The translations under genes and the position numbers were made by a program. The notes under the pieces were generated by a model. The model made no database searches. It saw nothing but the letters and a program-made list of their open reading frames with translations, and had not been told where the DNA came from. Positions 17,237 to 27,660 of a DNA stretch of 55,000 nucleotides are shown piece by piece (the first letter of the stretch is position 1; every line of letters begins with the position of its first letter). This DNA is from a virus (taxonomy: Duplodnaviria; Caudoviricetes), in the IMG/VR virus record IMGVR_UViG_3300046534_001090, positions 1 through 55,000 of that record. One strand, written 5' to 3'.

Positions 17237-18283
17237 ATGGGTGGTAATACTTTACTAAATCCGGCTCAGAGAGTCGGCGTAACAAAAGGCGCAATACTTA
17301 AGCATGCAGAGCCTAAAGAAGCTCTTGGCATAACTGGCACACTTCACGATATGGCGAAAAATGTCGGTGATACTGTAAAGTATCGCAGATGGTTGCCTTA
17401 TGGTGGATCAACTACCAACGCTAACACTATCAATCGATGGTCGGTTACTGTTGCGGCACACCAGCTGCAAGAAGGCCAAAACCCTGAAGCTGATGGTTTA
17501 GAATCTCAAGATATCACTGTCACTATGCGTGACTACGGTGCTATCTACTACTACACCAACTACGTTGAAGATCTTTACGAAGATGATATCCCGCGCGCCC
17601 AAAAGATGGTCCTTGGTCAGCGTATGGGTCTTGTCCGTGAAATGATTCGATACGGCACGCTGCAAGGCTGTACTAACAAGTTCTATGCAAGCGGCGCCAC
17701 TCGTGCAACTGTTGCCGGTAAGGTCAGTCTAAATGCGCTTCGGGTTATCTCGAAGTCATTGAAGGGCAATCACTGTGAGTTCATCACTGAGGTTCTTAAG
17801 CCTGGTGCTGCTTATGGTACTACTGGTGTCGAGCAATCATTCCTTGTATTTGTTCACACAGATGCAGAGAACGATATTCGTAACCTTCCTGGCTTTAAAG
17901 AAACCATTATTTATGCCAGCGGTAAGCCTATTCACAAGTGCGAAATTGGTTCGGTGGATAATTATCGATTCCTTATGAGCCCTGAACTTAACCCGATTAT
18001 CAATTCGGGTGCTGCTGTTGGTTCAACTGGTTTGTATTCTACTGGTGGTACTAATGTCGATGTATATCCATTCATCGTTGTTGGTGCTGATGCTTGGGGC
18101 GATGTTGCACTCAAGGGTTCCAGAAGTTTTGATTATTCTCACTTGCCTCCTGGCCAGAAAGATAAATCAGATGTTCTGGGTAAACGTGGGTATGTCGGTG
18201 CAAGTTTCTACTCAGCGATGTTCATCCAGAACGATGGATGGATGGCGGTACTAGAAGCCGGTATCACTTCACTTTCTGCTTAA
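17237..18283 (+). CDS. Major capsid protein, N4-gp56 family
   Basis: TVKYRRW, LQEGQNP, EIGSVDNYRF, VDVYP, G.DAWG and DVLGKRGYVG motifs. Confidence 0.92.
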   Translation: MGGNTLLNPAQRVGVTKGAILKHAEPKEALGITGTLHDMAKNVGDTVKYRRWLPYGGSTTNANTINRWSVTVAAHQLQEGQNPEADGLESQDITVTMRDYGAIYYYTNYVEDLYEDDIPRAQKMVLGQRMGLVREMIRYGTLQGCTNKFYASGATRATVAGKVSLNALRVISKSLKGNHCEFITEVLKPGAAYGTTGVEQSFLVFVHTDAENDIRNLPGFKETIIYASGKPIHKCEIGSVDNYRFLMSPELNPIINSGAAVGSTGLYSTGGTNVDVYPFIVVGADAWGDVALKGSRSFDYSHLPPGQKDKSDVLGKRGYVGASFYSAMFIQNDGWMAVLEAGITSLSA

Positions 18284-18314
18284 TAGCAGACTTAACTTAA
18301 CCATTTAGCTAACG

Positions 18315-18334
18315 GCCTAGCTCGCTAGGCTTTT
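18315..18334 (+). terminator. Hairpin / weak terminator after the MCP gene
   Basis: GCCTAG-CTCG-CTAGGC-TTTT. Confidence 0.55.
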
Positions 18335-18347
18335 AGGGAGAAAACTT

Positions 18348-18833
18348 ATGAAACTGCCAATAGAAGGTTTGACAATGGCAATGGGTAAAGCTGGTGTTGT
18401 TGTCGATGCCGGCGCAACTACCTACGACATTGTTACTGCTTTTGATTTCTGTGTCGATGGAAAGGCTTTTACCAAAGCTACTGTCTCTAACGGTGCTACT
18501 CCGACTTTGGATGGCACTACTGGTGCGGCATTTACTGCTGTACTACCAGATGAGGCTTGCATTTTAGTAATGGCGCTAGACGCTGCCGGTGTTGTGTCTG
18601 TTCACCAAGGACCGAAAGTTACGGTTGATGGTACTAGCGATGAGCTGGATTTTGCAGCTCAACTACCAATGGTTGATCTTAGTGTGTACTGCCCTTTTGC
18701 ATACATTAAGTATCAAACTGCTGGCACTTCAGCTGCAGGCGGTCTAAGACCCGGCACTGATAACTGGAATGCTACTGGCCTAACCAGCACAGCTGTTGAT
18801 CTTATTGCTTATCCGGCTCGTCCGGTAGAGTAA
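18348..18833 (+). CDS. Putative capsid decoration/cement protein
   Basis: Directly after the MCP, strong GGGAG SD, Ala/Thr/Gly-rich. Confidence 0.65.
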   Translation: MKLPIEGLTMAMGKAGVVVDAGATTYDIVTAFDFCVDGKAFTKATVSNGATPTLDGTTGAAFTAVLPDEACILVMALDAAGVVSVHQGPKVTVDGTSDELDFAAQLPMVDLSVYCPFAYIKYQTAGTSAAGGLRPGTDNWNATGLTSTAVDLIAYPARPVE

Positions 18834-18846
18834 TTAAGTTATAATT

Positions 18847-18880
18847 GGGTTCCCGGCTTCGGCTGGGATCCTGTTTTTTT
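18847..18880 (+). terminator. Rho-independent terminator
   Basis: GGGTTCCCGGC-TTCG-GCTGGGATCC followed by a T7 run. Confidence 0.85.
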
Positions 18881-18922
18881 AATCTTTTAAATAGCTTTAA
18901 AACACATACAAGGAATTGCTAT

Positions 18923-19540
18923 ATGAAACTTTTTGATAAAATCGCACGATTGTTTATTAACGATCACATTATGATGAGTGCAGAAGCTACGTTTCGAGTA
19001 ACTAATCCTAATGGGACTACATCTACCGTTGCTCTTAGCCCTGCTGCTCAAAAGCTGGTTACTGAGGCTGCTGCTGGCGTTACTGGTGGCACTGGCACTA
19101 TCTACGCTACCAGTGTAGAGAAGTCAGGGGGATTCATAAGAACCACTATTCTGCTAGACCTAACAGGCCTGGCATCCTCTACTACTGATCTTGATATTAT
19201 CGGCCAAGGCGCTTTAGCTGCTTATTTAGGCCGGATAACTACCGCTCAAAACGGGACCATTCTTGGGGGCAAGGTAACTTGCTTAGAAGCTCCTGCTGGC
19301 GGTGTTACTGATATCGACTTGTATTCTGCTGTTGAAGGCACCGGTGTCTTTGATAGTGGTATTGCGGCTCTTGATGAGACTGCACTTCTAACAGCTGGTG
19401 GTGCTTGGACGCTGATGGAACAACTCGCGCTAGGCGCTGTTCCTGCCACAGATGAATACCTATACCTCACTTGTGGTGCCGCTGGCACTGCTGCTTCTTA
19501 TACCGCTGGCAAGTTCTTAATCGAGCTTGTTGGGTATTAA
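18923..19540 (+). CDS. Putative virion structural protein (head fibre/decoration)
   Basis: AAGGA SD before ATG 18923; Ala/Gly/Thr-rich. Confidence 0.65.
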   Translation: MKLFDKIARLFINDHIMMSAEATFRVTNPNGTTSTVALSPAAQKLVTEAAAGVTGGTGTIYATSVEKSGGFIRTTILLDLTGLASSTTDLDIIGQGALAAYLGRITTAQNGTILGGKVTCLEAPAGGVTDIDLYSAVEGTGVFDSGIAALDETALLTAGGAWTLMEQLALGAVPATDEYLYLTCGAAGTAASYTAGKFLIELVGY

Positions 19541-19593
19541 TCCCTAGTAGTACCTTAGCCCCTTCGGGGGCGTTCTTTTAACAGGAGAAACGT

Positions 19594-20325
19594 ATGCCAA
19601 AGACAGCAACTAATAAAAACGCGGTTAATACTGCTGCGACCAAAACAACTGAACCAAAACTATCGCTTAAAATTCTAGCTGAGAAGCAGTCTGAAACAGA
19701 CAATAAGCTGGATAACATTCTTAACCTGATGACCGGTATTGTTGAAAAGCTAGAGCCAGGCAATGAACCTGAAGAGGTAGTTGATTTCTCAGAGTCGGAG
19801 CAAGGCCAAACTTTATCTAGGGATTCATCTAGTGATGCTATTAATCACCCGTCTATCTCTAAGAACTACGCCGAATCGGAAGATAACTTTACTGGCGGTC
19901 TAGGCGATGCCGAGATTGAGGAAGATAAAGACGGCAATCAGTTTATGCAACAGCCGTTAAATGCAGATGTATCATCCGCTTCATTTAAAGACTGGCTTGC
20001 TAATATGAAGCATGCGAATGAGAAAATATCGATAATGGTTCACCAGACAAGTGAAAATAATGCGGATAAGACCTTAGAGGTTTCTGTAAATGGTCACAGC
20101 ATGATATTCGAGCGAGGGATACAGTACGATAATATCCCAAGATACTTGGTTGAAGCTCTTATTCGCGCTAAGCCTATCCAGTACGACAATCACGAATATA
20201 AGAACAGCGAAGGCTTGCAGGAATACAAGTATGTTGCCCAGCGCGGCCTTAGATATCCCTTTAATATAGTTAATCCAACTTCTCGGGATGAGGGATGGTT
20301 TAAGAACCTACAGGCCCAGCCATAA
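19594..20325 (+). CDS. Hypothetical virion-module protein
   Basis: AGGAG SD; coupled to the adaptor gene. Confidence 0.65.
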   Translation: MPKTATNKNAVNTAATKTTEPKLSLKILAEKQSETDNKLDNILNLMTGIVEKLEPGNEPEEVVDFSESEQGQTLSRDSSSDAINHPSISKNYAESEDNFTGGLGDAEIEEDKDGNQFMQQPLNADVSSASFKDWLANMKHANEKISIMVHQTSENNADKTLEVSVNGHSMIFERGIQYDNIPRYLVEALIRAKPIQYDNHEYKNSEGLQEYKYVAQRGLRYPFNIVNPTSRDEGWFKNLQAQP

Positions 20326-21047
20326 TGGATTTGCTCTCTCTGGTCAGAAGCACTGCTCTTGAATGTAATGTGATCGAGAGTGAAGACGAAATAGCATCCA
20401 CTGCCGGGCAGAGGGGTGATATTTTGCGTGTTATTAATTGGGTTATTGCTGCCTGGCGAGAGCTTCAAACAAGCAGAAGAACGTGGCGCTTTATGCGTTC
20501 GCGTTTCTCTGTTGATACTGTATCAGGCACTAAACGCTATGCTCCTACGGATTGCACAGACACTATTGACTCATCTGCTATTTCTGCCTTTAGGAATTGG
20601 TTTGTTGATAACCCTAGCAATCCACCAAAAATGTATCTTACTTCGGGTGGCGTAGGCAGTCAGTATTATGTTGAGTTTGTGTCATGGGATGATTTTCAGT
20701 CTATTTTTGAAATAGGCACTGTGTCTACTGGCCAGCCTCAGAATGTAAGCGTGGATCCTCAAAACAATCTTGTATTCTGGCCTACACCGAATGCTATCTA
20801 CACCTTCACTGGCGATTACCATAGGGGTGAGCAAGTATTTGTGGCAGGCACTGATGATGCGACTGAGCCTCTTGGCCTACCAAGCATGTTCCATTGGTCC
20901 ATTATCTATGACGCGATGCGTAAGTACGCTAGTGCTGAATCTGCTGATGAGATTCTATACAGATGCGATAACGAAGGCGCGGCACTAAAGAAAGACCTAT
21001 TGCGGGATCAATCGCCTCGATTTAAAGAAGGGAGCCCAATGGCGTGA
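20325..21047 (+). CDS. Head-tail adaptor (tail tubular protein A-like)
   Basis: Position and size; INWVIAAW.ELQ, WRFM, FWPTP and LPSMFH motifs. Confidence 0.75.
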   Translation: MDLLSLVRSTALECNVIESEDEIASTAGQRGDILRVINWVIAAWRELQTSRRTWRFMRSRFSVDTVSGTKRYAPTDCTDTIDSSAISAFRNWFVDNPSNPPKMYLTSGGVGSQYYVEFVSWDDFQSIFEIGTVSTGQPQNVSVDPQNNLVFWPTPNAIYTFTGDYHRGEQVFVAGTDDATEPLGLPSMFHWSIIYDAMRKYASAESADEILYRCDNEGAALKKDLLRDQSPRFKEGSPMA

Positions 21048-23101
21048 GTGCTCGTTTTCAGCCAGATCAGATGAAATACTTGCCGTTTCAAGGCGGCAAT
21101 GATTTCACTACGCCTATTTTACAGCAGCCTCCTGGAAGACTACGGTTTTCAAGAAACATGGAGGTTGACGTTAATAGTGGCTATAACTATTCGCAAGGGT
21201 ATGAAAGATACGATGGCCGGTTAAAGCCGTCAGATGGCCGCTACCAGATATTGGCATGCACCATAACTGGCACAATAGCTGTAACCAATACGATCACTGG
21301 CGATACCTCGGGCGCTACTGGTGTTGTTATTGCAGTAGCTGCTGCCTACGTTATTGTCACCAAAGTAACTGGCACTTTTCAGGATGCTGAAGGCTTAGAG
21401 GTTTCTTCGGTAGTTCAGGCAACTACTACTGATGAGCCTTTTGATAATGACGCGCCTACCCCGCTACTTGATGTTACTTATAAGAATTTAGCTGCCGATG
21501 TTTACCGGGCAGATATTGCCGCTGTTCCGGGCTCTGGATCAGTGTTTGGCGTATTGCGTTACAACAATGTGCTTTACGCCTGGCGAAACAATGCAGGCGG
21601 CACTGCTGCTGTAATGCACAAATCCACAGCTGCTGGGTGGGTAGCTTTAGATCTAGGCAGAGAATTAGCTTTTACTAGCGGTGGCACTGTTGAGATTACT
21701 GAAGGTGCGACCATAACCGGCGCTACTTCGGGTGCGACTGCAGTTATTACCCGGGTAGTCCTTAATACGGGAACATGGGCCGGTGGTGATGCTGTAGGTA
21801 GGGTTATATTCGCAAGTCAGACAGGTACTTTTCAGGCTGAAAATCTTGATATCGGTGGCGATGCAAACGTATCGACTATAGCCGGTAACAGTACAGCTAT
21901 TACACTTTTGCCTAGTGGCAAGATAAGAACATATCAATTTAATTTCGGTGGCGCTGCCGGCACAAAGAGAGCGTATGGCTGTGATGGCGTAAACCGCGGC
22001 TTTGAATTTGATGGCACTGTATATGTGCCTATTAATACCGGCATGGTTACTGATATCCCTAGCCATTTAACGGCATTTAAGTATCAGCTATTTTTCTCCT
22101 TTGGATCCTCGGTGCAAAACTCATCTATAGGTGATCCCTATAATTGGAGCCCGGTGCTTGGCGCCTCAGAGTTTGGTGTTGGGGATGACGTTACCGGCTT
22201 TAGTATTGAGCGAGGGTCACAGACTGGCGGTGCATTAGCGGTATTTAGCCGAAACATCATTCACATGATATACGGGAATAATAGAACTGACTTTACTATG
22301 ATCCCATTAAAGATAGAGGTTGGAGCTCTTGAAGACAGTATTCAAATACTAACTAACACTATAATGTTTGACGATCGAGGAATTATAAACTTAAGAGCTG
22401 CACAAGAATTCGGTAATTTCCAAGATACTATTATGTCCCAGCAAGTAACTAGCTTTATAAAAGCCAAAAAAAGATTAATTACTGGCTCTTGCATAGTAAG
22501 AGAGAAGAACCAATACCGCATTTATTTTAGTGACAAGACAGCTCTTTATGTGACGATGGATGGCGGCGATGTATTAGGGATGATGCCGCAGCAACTAAAC
22601 CATTGCGTTGAAAGCATTACCTCGGTAGAGGGCGTTGAAGATGAAGAAATATTCTTTGGTTCAGATGATGGTTTTGTTTACCAGATGGAGCGAGGCACCA
22701 GTTTTGATGGTGATGATATAGAATGGTTCGGTATCCTTCAGTATTGGCACTGCGACACCCCTCGAGTCAAAAAGCGGTTTAAGTCTGCAGCTGTTGAGGC
22801 TGAAGGCAATGGTTACGCTGAATACGGCATAGGCTATGAGCTTGGCTATGGATCCTCTAATCACAATCAGCCGGACTACGATATTGATAGCCTAAGCGGT
22901 AATTTCGGTGATGCCAGGTGGGACGTATCAACTTTCGGTGATTTCTGGTGGGATGCCGATATAGCAAAATTACAACGTAAGAGATTAACCGGAAGCGCAG
23001 AAAACATATCCCTTATTCTTGCTGGTTCGAGTGATAAATTCGAGCCAATTAGGTTTAGTGGGGCAATCCTTAGATACAAGGTTGGGAGAATTATACGGTG
23101 A
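21044..23101 (+). CDS. Tail nozzle (tail tubular protein B / P22 gp10-like)
   Basis: 685-aa beta-rich protein after the adaptor; FFGSDDGFVYQ and KKRFK motifs. Confidence 0.75.
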   Translation: MSARFQPDQMKYLPFQGGNDFTTPILQQPPGRLRFSRNMEVDVNSGYNYSQGYERYDGRLKPSDGRYQILACTITGTIAVTNTITGDTSGATGVVIAVAAAYVIVTKVTGTFQDAEGLEVSSVVQATTTDEPFDNDAPTPLLDVTYKNLAADVYRADIAAVPGSGSVFGVLRYNNVLYAWRNNAGGTAAVMHKSTAAGWVALDLGRELAFTSGGTVEITEGATITGATSGATAVITRVVLNTGTWAGGDAVGRVIFASQTGTFQAENLDIGGDANVSTIAGNSTAITLLPSGKIRTYQFNFGGAAGTKRAYGCDGVNRGFEFDGTVYVPINTGMVTDIPSHLTAFKYQLFFSFGSSVQNSSIGDPYNWSPVLGASEFGVGDDVTGFSIERGSQTGGALAVFSRNIIHMIYGNNRTDFTMIPLKIEVGALEDSIQILTNTIMFDDRGIINLRAAQEFGNFQDTIMSQQVTSFIKAKKRLITGSCIVREKNQYRIYFSDKTALYVTMDGGDVLGMMPQQLNHCVESITSVEGVEDEEIFFGSDDGFVYQMERGTSFDGDDIEWFGILQYWHCDTPRVKKRFKSAAVEAEGNGYAEYGIGYELGYGSSNHNQPDYDIDSLSGNFGDARWDVSTFGDFWWDADIAKLQRKRLTGSAENISLILAGSSDKFEPIRFSGAILRYKVGRIIR

Positions 23102-24990
23102 CAAATCCATATTATGAAAATGGTAACCAGCCTGCTGATGCTACGAAAGCTGTTGCTAAACGTGTGCGAAATGAATTAGTAAATGTTCAGGCTGGGTTTG
23201 CTAACTTTCCCATTATTGCCGATATGCTTGTTGGCTTTACCTATACGGCAACTACTACAGGCACTGCTAACACCTATGTTGCGGCAGTAAGTGCAAAGGT
23301 AGTCTCATACCTAGATCACCTTAGATTGTCTCTTAGAGTCAACGCAACTAATACCGGCGCTGCCACTATCAATGTTAATGGCTTGGGCGCTAAAGCTATC
23401 AAGGCTACTGATGGATCTGATTTATCTATCGGTGACCTGGTAATAAACCAAGATATAGCAATTGAATACAATTCTGCTGCTGGCTACTTTGTGTACAACG
23501 GGCCTATATTTACTACGGCTACGAGTACAGCTATTGCTGCTGCTGCTGCGGCTGCCATTACTCCCCTTAATTATTCAAGCATAACGGTAGCTTCTACCAC
23601 TTCTGTTTCAGATATCTGGACGGTAGCAGGCAATCAAATTGATTTTACGGGTACTGCTACTGTTATTGCTTTCCCTGCTGCTACTCAGGCCGGGGCAGAG
23701 AGAGTTTTAATATGCGCTGGCGCACCTAGCTTTACTGCTGGTGCTAACCTTTTAATTGATGGGGTTGCTAGTGGCGATACTTATACTTGCGCTGCCAATG
23801 ATACTGTTCTGGTTCGGGCTATTACTACTACACAATTTAAACTAACCATTAGTAGATACAGTGGTAAATCTATTTCTCAAGGAATGCTTCTTAGCGAAAG
23901 AACATCAAACACCATTTTAGCCGCTGCTGATTCTGGTTATTTTGTTGATATAACAGCCAACAACTTTACCCAAACCTTTGATGATGTTGTATCCCTAGGT
24001 TCTGATTGGTTCGCTATTGTACGAAATTCTGGAACAGGAGACATTACTTTAGACCCTTACGGGGCTAACGAGATAGATGATCTTACCGGCTATATCATGT
24101 TCCCCGGCGAGTGTCGTTTAATTCAAGGTAACGGGTCAAAACTAACCTCTATTGTTTTAACTCCTTTTAGCAAAACCTTTACTTCTAGTAGCTCAATCCC
24201 AGCAGGAGGTTTACCTCCTGGATATGCTGGCGCGAATATCACAGGGCAAGGCGCTGGTGGCGGTGGAGGCGGAGGATTTAGAACTGCGTCAAGTAATAAT
24301 TATTCCGGGGGAGCTGGCGGTGGCGGTGGTCTATTAAGCAAAAGATTTATTGCAAAGGCCGAATTTCCCACAACTTCAATCACTGTTGCCATTGGCGCGG
24401 GGGGATTAGGTGGAGCAGCTCGAACAGCAGACGGGGCGGGAATAGATGGTACTGACGGAGGAACCACCACAATAGGGAATCTTGTTATAGGATGGGGAAG
24501 CGGTGGCGGCCAAGGCGGATTAGTAGCAACAACTTCCGTAGGTGGAGGCGCTGCGGGGCTCTCTACAGCAGGAGCAAGCCTAAGCAATGGAAGCGGCTAT
24601 ATAGTACAGCTACTCTCAACACAAGGTGGCGGTTCAAATTCCGGAGGCACAGGAAATAGTCAGTTGCAATGCTTGGATGGTGGAAATGGGGGCGCTGGCG
24701 GCGGCGGAATGAACGTAGCTTCAGTAACATTCTATGTAGGAGGCAGTGGCATAGACTCGGGCGGGAATATTTATGATGGTGGCGCTATTGGCACTGACGG
24801 ACAAAGCGCAACAAGACGCGGCGGTAGTGGTGGCGGTGGCGGGGCATCAAATACAGCAGATGCCGGTGATGGCGGTGATGGATTTCTAGGCGGTGGTGGT
24901 GGTGGCGGTGGGTCAAATGGTGGCGCGTATGATTCTGGCAAAGGCGGTGATGGCGGTGATGGTTACGCCGAATTTATAGGGGTTCTGTAA
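23098..24990 (+). CDS. Tail fibre protein with glycine-rich C-terminus
   Basis: TGTANTY...NTGAATINVNGLGAKAI fibre N-domain; GAGGGGGG repeats. Confidence 0.8.
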   Translation: MTNPYYENGNQPADATKAVAKRVRNELVNVQAGFANFPIIADMLVGFTYTATTTGTANTYVAAVSAKVVSYLDHLRLSLRVNATNTGAATINVNGLGAKAIKATDGSDLSIGDLVINQDIAIEYNSAAGYFVYNGPIFTTATSTAIAAAAAAAITPLNYSSITVASTTSVSDIWTVAGNQIDFTGTATVIAFPAATQAGAERVLICAGAPSFTAGANLLIDGVASGDTYTCAANDTVLVRAITTTQFKLTISRYSGKSISQGMLLSERTSNTILAAADSGYFVDITANNFTQTFDDVVSLGSDWFAIVRNSGTGDITLDPYGANEIDDLTGYIMFPGECRLIQGNGSKLTSIVLTPFSKTFTSSSSIPAGGLPPGYAGANITGQGAGGGGGGGFRTASSNNYSGGAGGGGGLLSKRFIAKAEFPTTSITVAIGAGGLGGAARTADGAGIDGTDGGTTTIGNLVIGWGSGGGQGGLVATTSVGGGAAGLSTAGASLSNGSGYIVQLLSTQGGGSNSGGTGNSQLQCLDGGNGGAGGGGMNVASVTFYVGGSGIDSGGNIYDGGAIGTDGQSATRRGGSGGGGGASNTADAGDGGDGFLGGGGGGGGSNGGAYDSGKGGDGGDGYAEFIGVL

Positions 24991-25415
24991 TGAGAGCACA
25001 CGAAATTGAGAACGGAAAAGTAACAAACACTATAGTCGTTGAAAGTTTAGACTCAAGACCTAATCTTATCAGTGCAGATAATGGGGGTACTATTGGCGAT
25101 AGCTTTGATGGTCAAACCTTCACAACGCCAGAAATAGTTATTAGCCCGCCAAATTCAGTGCCAAAATACGCAGCTATTAAGATTCTCAAGAAGCACGATA
25201 AATATGCTGCTGTAGAAACGATGATAAGTAATATCTCAGATGCTGATATTAAAGAGACTTTTGAGATACTATTCAAAGATCATCCCGAATGGAGTAGAAC
25301 AGGTCCATTTATGTCGATGATTATTGCGGCTAATATATTGACTGAATCTCAAATAGATGAATATTTCATAGAGGCCGATGATTTTGTACAAAGTATTAAT
25401 TTTTCTCAGGGGTAA
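24990..25415 (+). CDS. Tail-fibre-associated protein
   Basis: TAATG-coupled to the fibre; IENGKVTNTIV...IGDSFDGQTF motif typical downstream of Gly-rich fibres. Confidence 0.65.
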   Translation: MRAHEIENGKVTNTIVVESLDSRPNLISADNGGTIGDSFDGQTFTTPEIVISPPNSVPKYAAIKILKKHDKYAAVETMISNISDADIKETFEILFKDHPEWSRTGPFMSMIIAANILTESQIDEYFIEADDFVQSINFSQG

Positions 25416-25418
25416 TTT

Positions 25419-27209
25419 ATGGTCGGCATTATAAACTCGGCAATAAACAAAGCAGATCCTTTATCTAGTATCAAAGGTTACAACGCTGCTACAGCTGGCT
25501 TTGATGAAGAAAAGGATACGGTTGAAGGCAGGCTTAATAGGCTAACCACTAATTCACAGCTTAAGACTGCTGCCAAAGGTGATGCTTTAAAGTTTGGTAG
25601 CGGTCGAGGAATGATCAATAGCAACATGACCGCTGCTGCCGGTGTAGACGCTTTCTACAACCGGGCTACCCCTATTGCTTCTCAGGATGCTGCTTCTAGC
25701 TTGCAGAGCAAACAGTTTGACACAGATCAGACCAATACTGGCTTTCAGTTTTCTGCCGGCGAAGCGAATAAAGGATCTATGTTACAAAGACAAGGCGAAC
25801 AATCTATTGAGCAGATTGGAGAGCAGGGGTCTCAAGAAAGGCTTAACATTTCAGCTAAGGGCACAGTTGATTCTAATCTTCAAAAAGACAAGTATGGCTT
25901 TGAAAACACATTGCAAACTGACCGCTATGGCCTTGAGACAAATCTTCAGACCGGCCTTCAGGTTCTAAGGGGTACGCAAGAAACTTCAAATATTGGTCAA
26001 CGCGGGGATATAGATAAAGATCTTCAGGATGACGCAAACGCAGCTGCCGCGGCTAGACTAGACACTCAAGGCGATCAATCTATAGCTCAAATAGGGGCTA
26101 GGGGAGATATAGAACTTACCTTGCAAGACAAGGCTGATATCGCTGCTGCCGAGAGACTTGTAACTCAAGGACAACAAACAATAGCGCAGATAACTGCCAA
26201 AGGTGACATTGATCTTAGTCTTCAGGATAAAGCCGACCTAGCTGCTGCCGAGAGACTTGTAACACAGGGTCAGCAAGCCATTGCTCAAATCACATCAAAA
26301 GGAGCTGTCGATAAAGACCTTCAGGCCGATGCTGATGCTGCTGCCGCTACTAGACTGGATACACAGGGTGATCAGTCAATTGCACAAATAGGCGCTAAGG
26401 GCGATATCGATTTAAGTCTTCAAGGCAACGCTGATTCAGCCGCTTTAAGTAGATTGGTGACTCAAGGTAATCAAACAATAGCGCAGATAACAGCTAAAGC
26501 CGTGGAAGATCGTACTTTACAAGACAAGGCAGATTTGGCCGCAGCTCAGAGGCAGGTTACTCAGGGTACTCAGGCTATTAATCAGATAAAAGAAAGAGGC
26601 ACAATTGACGCAGGGCTTCAATCTGATGCCGATACTGCTGCTGCTGCCAGGTTAGCCACGCAAGGTACTCAGTCAATTGCTCAGATTGAAGCTCAAGGTA
26701 CTGAAAATATTGCATTAGAAGGTATTCGGAACACCAATCAGACTGCTTTACAGGATCTAAAAAACACTAATGATAGATTAATTAGCGCCAATGGCGCCGC
26801 TGCCACTTTGTTTTCAAACTCTCAGATAGCTATATCTAACATATTGGCTAACTCGGATATGAATACTGCCGCAAAGCAATCGCTTGTTAATACTATTACT
26901 CGTGAGCTTGAAAATGGGCTAACGGCTATAGGCACATTTTCTGACGTTGATGTTACTGAGCTTATTGGTGGCAATACTTCTGTTGGCGGCGGCACTGATG
27001 GTGACGGTAACACTGACGGTAACACTGATTATGATATACCTGAAAACTACAACTGGTCTAATTTTATCAACAAGGAGGGTAATGAAGACTTGGCAGAAAA
27101 CTTCGCCGATCAAACATGGGCTGATACTCCTGAAGAGTGGGCAGAGATTTGGGTTAGAGGCGTATCGGATGGTTCCGATCCTAGATTTTTAGAAGAATTT
27201 GGCATATAA
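25419..27209 (+). CDS. Internal virion/ejection protein with 33-aa repeats
   Basis: Gln/Ala/Asp-rich hendecad repeats; first gene of the ejection block. Confidence 0.7.
   Translation: MVGIINSAINKADPLSSIKGYNAATAGFDEEKDTVEGRLNRLTTNSQLKTAAKGDALKFGSGRGMINSNMTAAAGVDAFYNRATPIASQDAASSLQSKQFDTDQTNTGFQFSAGEANKGSMLQRQGEQSIEQIGEQGSQERLNISAKGTVDSNLQKDKYGFENTLQTDRYGLETNLQTGLQVLRGTQETSNIGQRGDIDKDLQDDANAAAAARLDTQGDQSIAQIGARGDIELTLQDKADIAAAERLVTQGQQTIAQITAKGDIDLSLQDKADLAAAERLVTQGQQAIAQITSKGAVDKDLQADADAAAATRLDTQGDQSIAQIGAKGDIDLSLQGNADSAALSRLVTQGNQTIAQITAKAVEDRTLQDKADLAAAQRQVTQGTQAINQIKERGTIDAGLQSDADTAAAARLATQGTQSIAQIEAQGTENIALEGIRNTNQTALQDLKNTNDRLISANGAAATLFSNSQIAISNILANSDMNTAAKQSLVNTITRELENGLTAIGTFSDVDVTELIGGNTSVGGGTDGDGNTDGNTDYDIPENYNWSNFINKEGNEDLAENFADQTWADTPEEWAEIWVRGVSDGSDPRFLEEFGI
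25968..26660 (+). repeat. Seven 99-bp (33-aa) coding tandem repeats plus a partial eighth
   Basis: QGxQxIAQIxAxGxIDxxLQxxADxAAAxRLxT units starting 25968, 26067 ... 26661. Confidence 0.9.
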
Positions 27210-27212
27210 AAA

Positions 27213-27647
27213 ATGATTAGAAAAGCTACTCCTAGCGATACGCCGGCACTGGTCGATTTATGTATTGAGGCTCTTAACATTGATGCCTATAGCCAGCTTG
27301 TTCCTTCTAGGCAGAGAACATTTTTTGCGGTGCAAGAATGCGTTAATAGTGCTATGAACTTTGCTTGGGTTGCCGAGAAAGATGGTCAGATTATTGGTGG
27401 TTTAGGCGCGCTGGTCATGCCGTTTATGATGTATGAAAGAAATCAGTGCATTATAACTATGTGGTACTGCCGTAAGCCAGGTGACGGTATAATGTTACTC
27501 AATCAATTTATGAAGTGGATAGAAACTAGGCCAATCATTAAGCAGGTTATTTATACCGAAGAGCGCAAGTCTGATCCTAGAATTGCAAAAGCACTTAAGA
27601 AGGTGGGCTTTCAAGACAATCTGCCTATGCACGTTTTAACTAGATAA
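27213..27647 (+). CDS. GNAT-family acetyltransferase
   Basis: MIRKATPSD start, WVAEKDGQIIG and KKVGF motifs; position like T7 gp13. Confidence 0.8.
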   Translation: MIRKATPSDTPALVDLCIEALNIDAYSQLVPSRQRTFFAVQECVNSAMNFAWVAEKDGQIIGGLGALVMPFMMYERNQCIITMWYCRKPGDGIMLLNQFMKWIETRPIIKQVIYTEERKSDPRIAKALKKVGFQDNLPMHVLTR

Positions 27648-27660
27648 GAGGTATACCCCA

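Noticed and set aside
24240-24965. GGC/GGT-rich repeats
   Set aside because: Explained by the glycine-rich tail-fibre domain; not Gly-X-Y collagen or a DNA-level element
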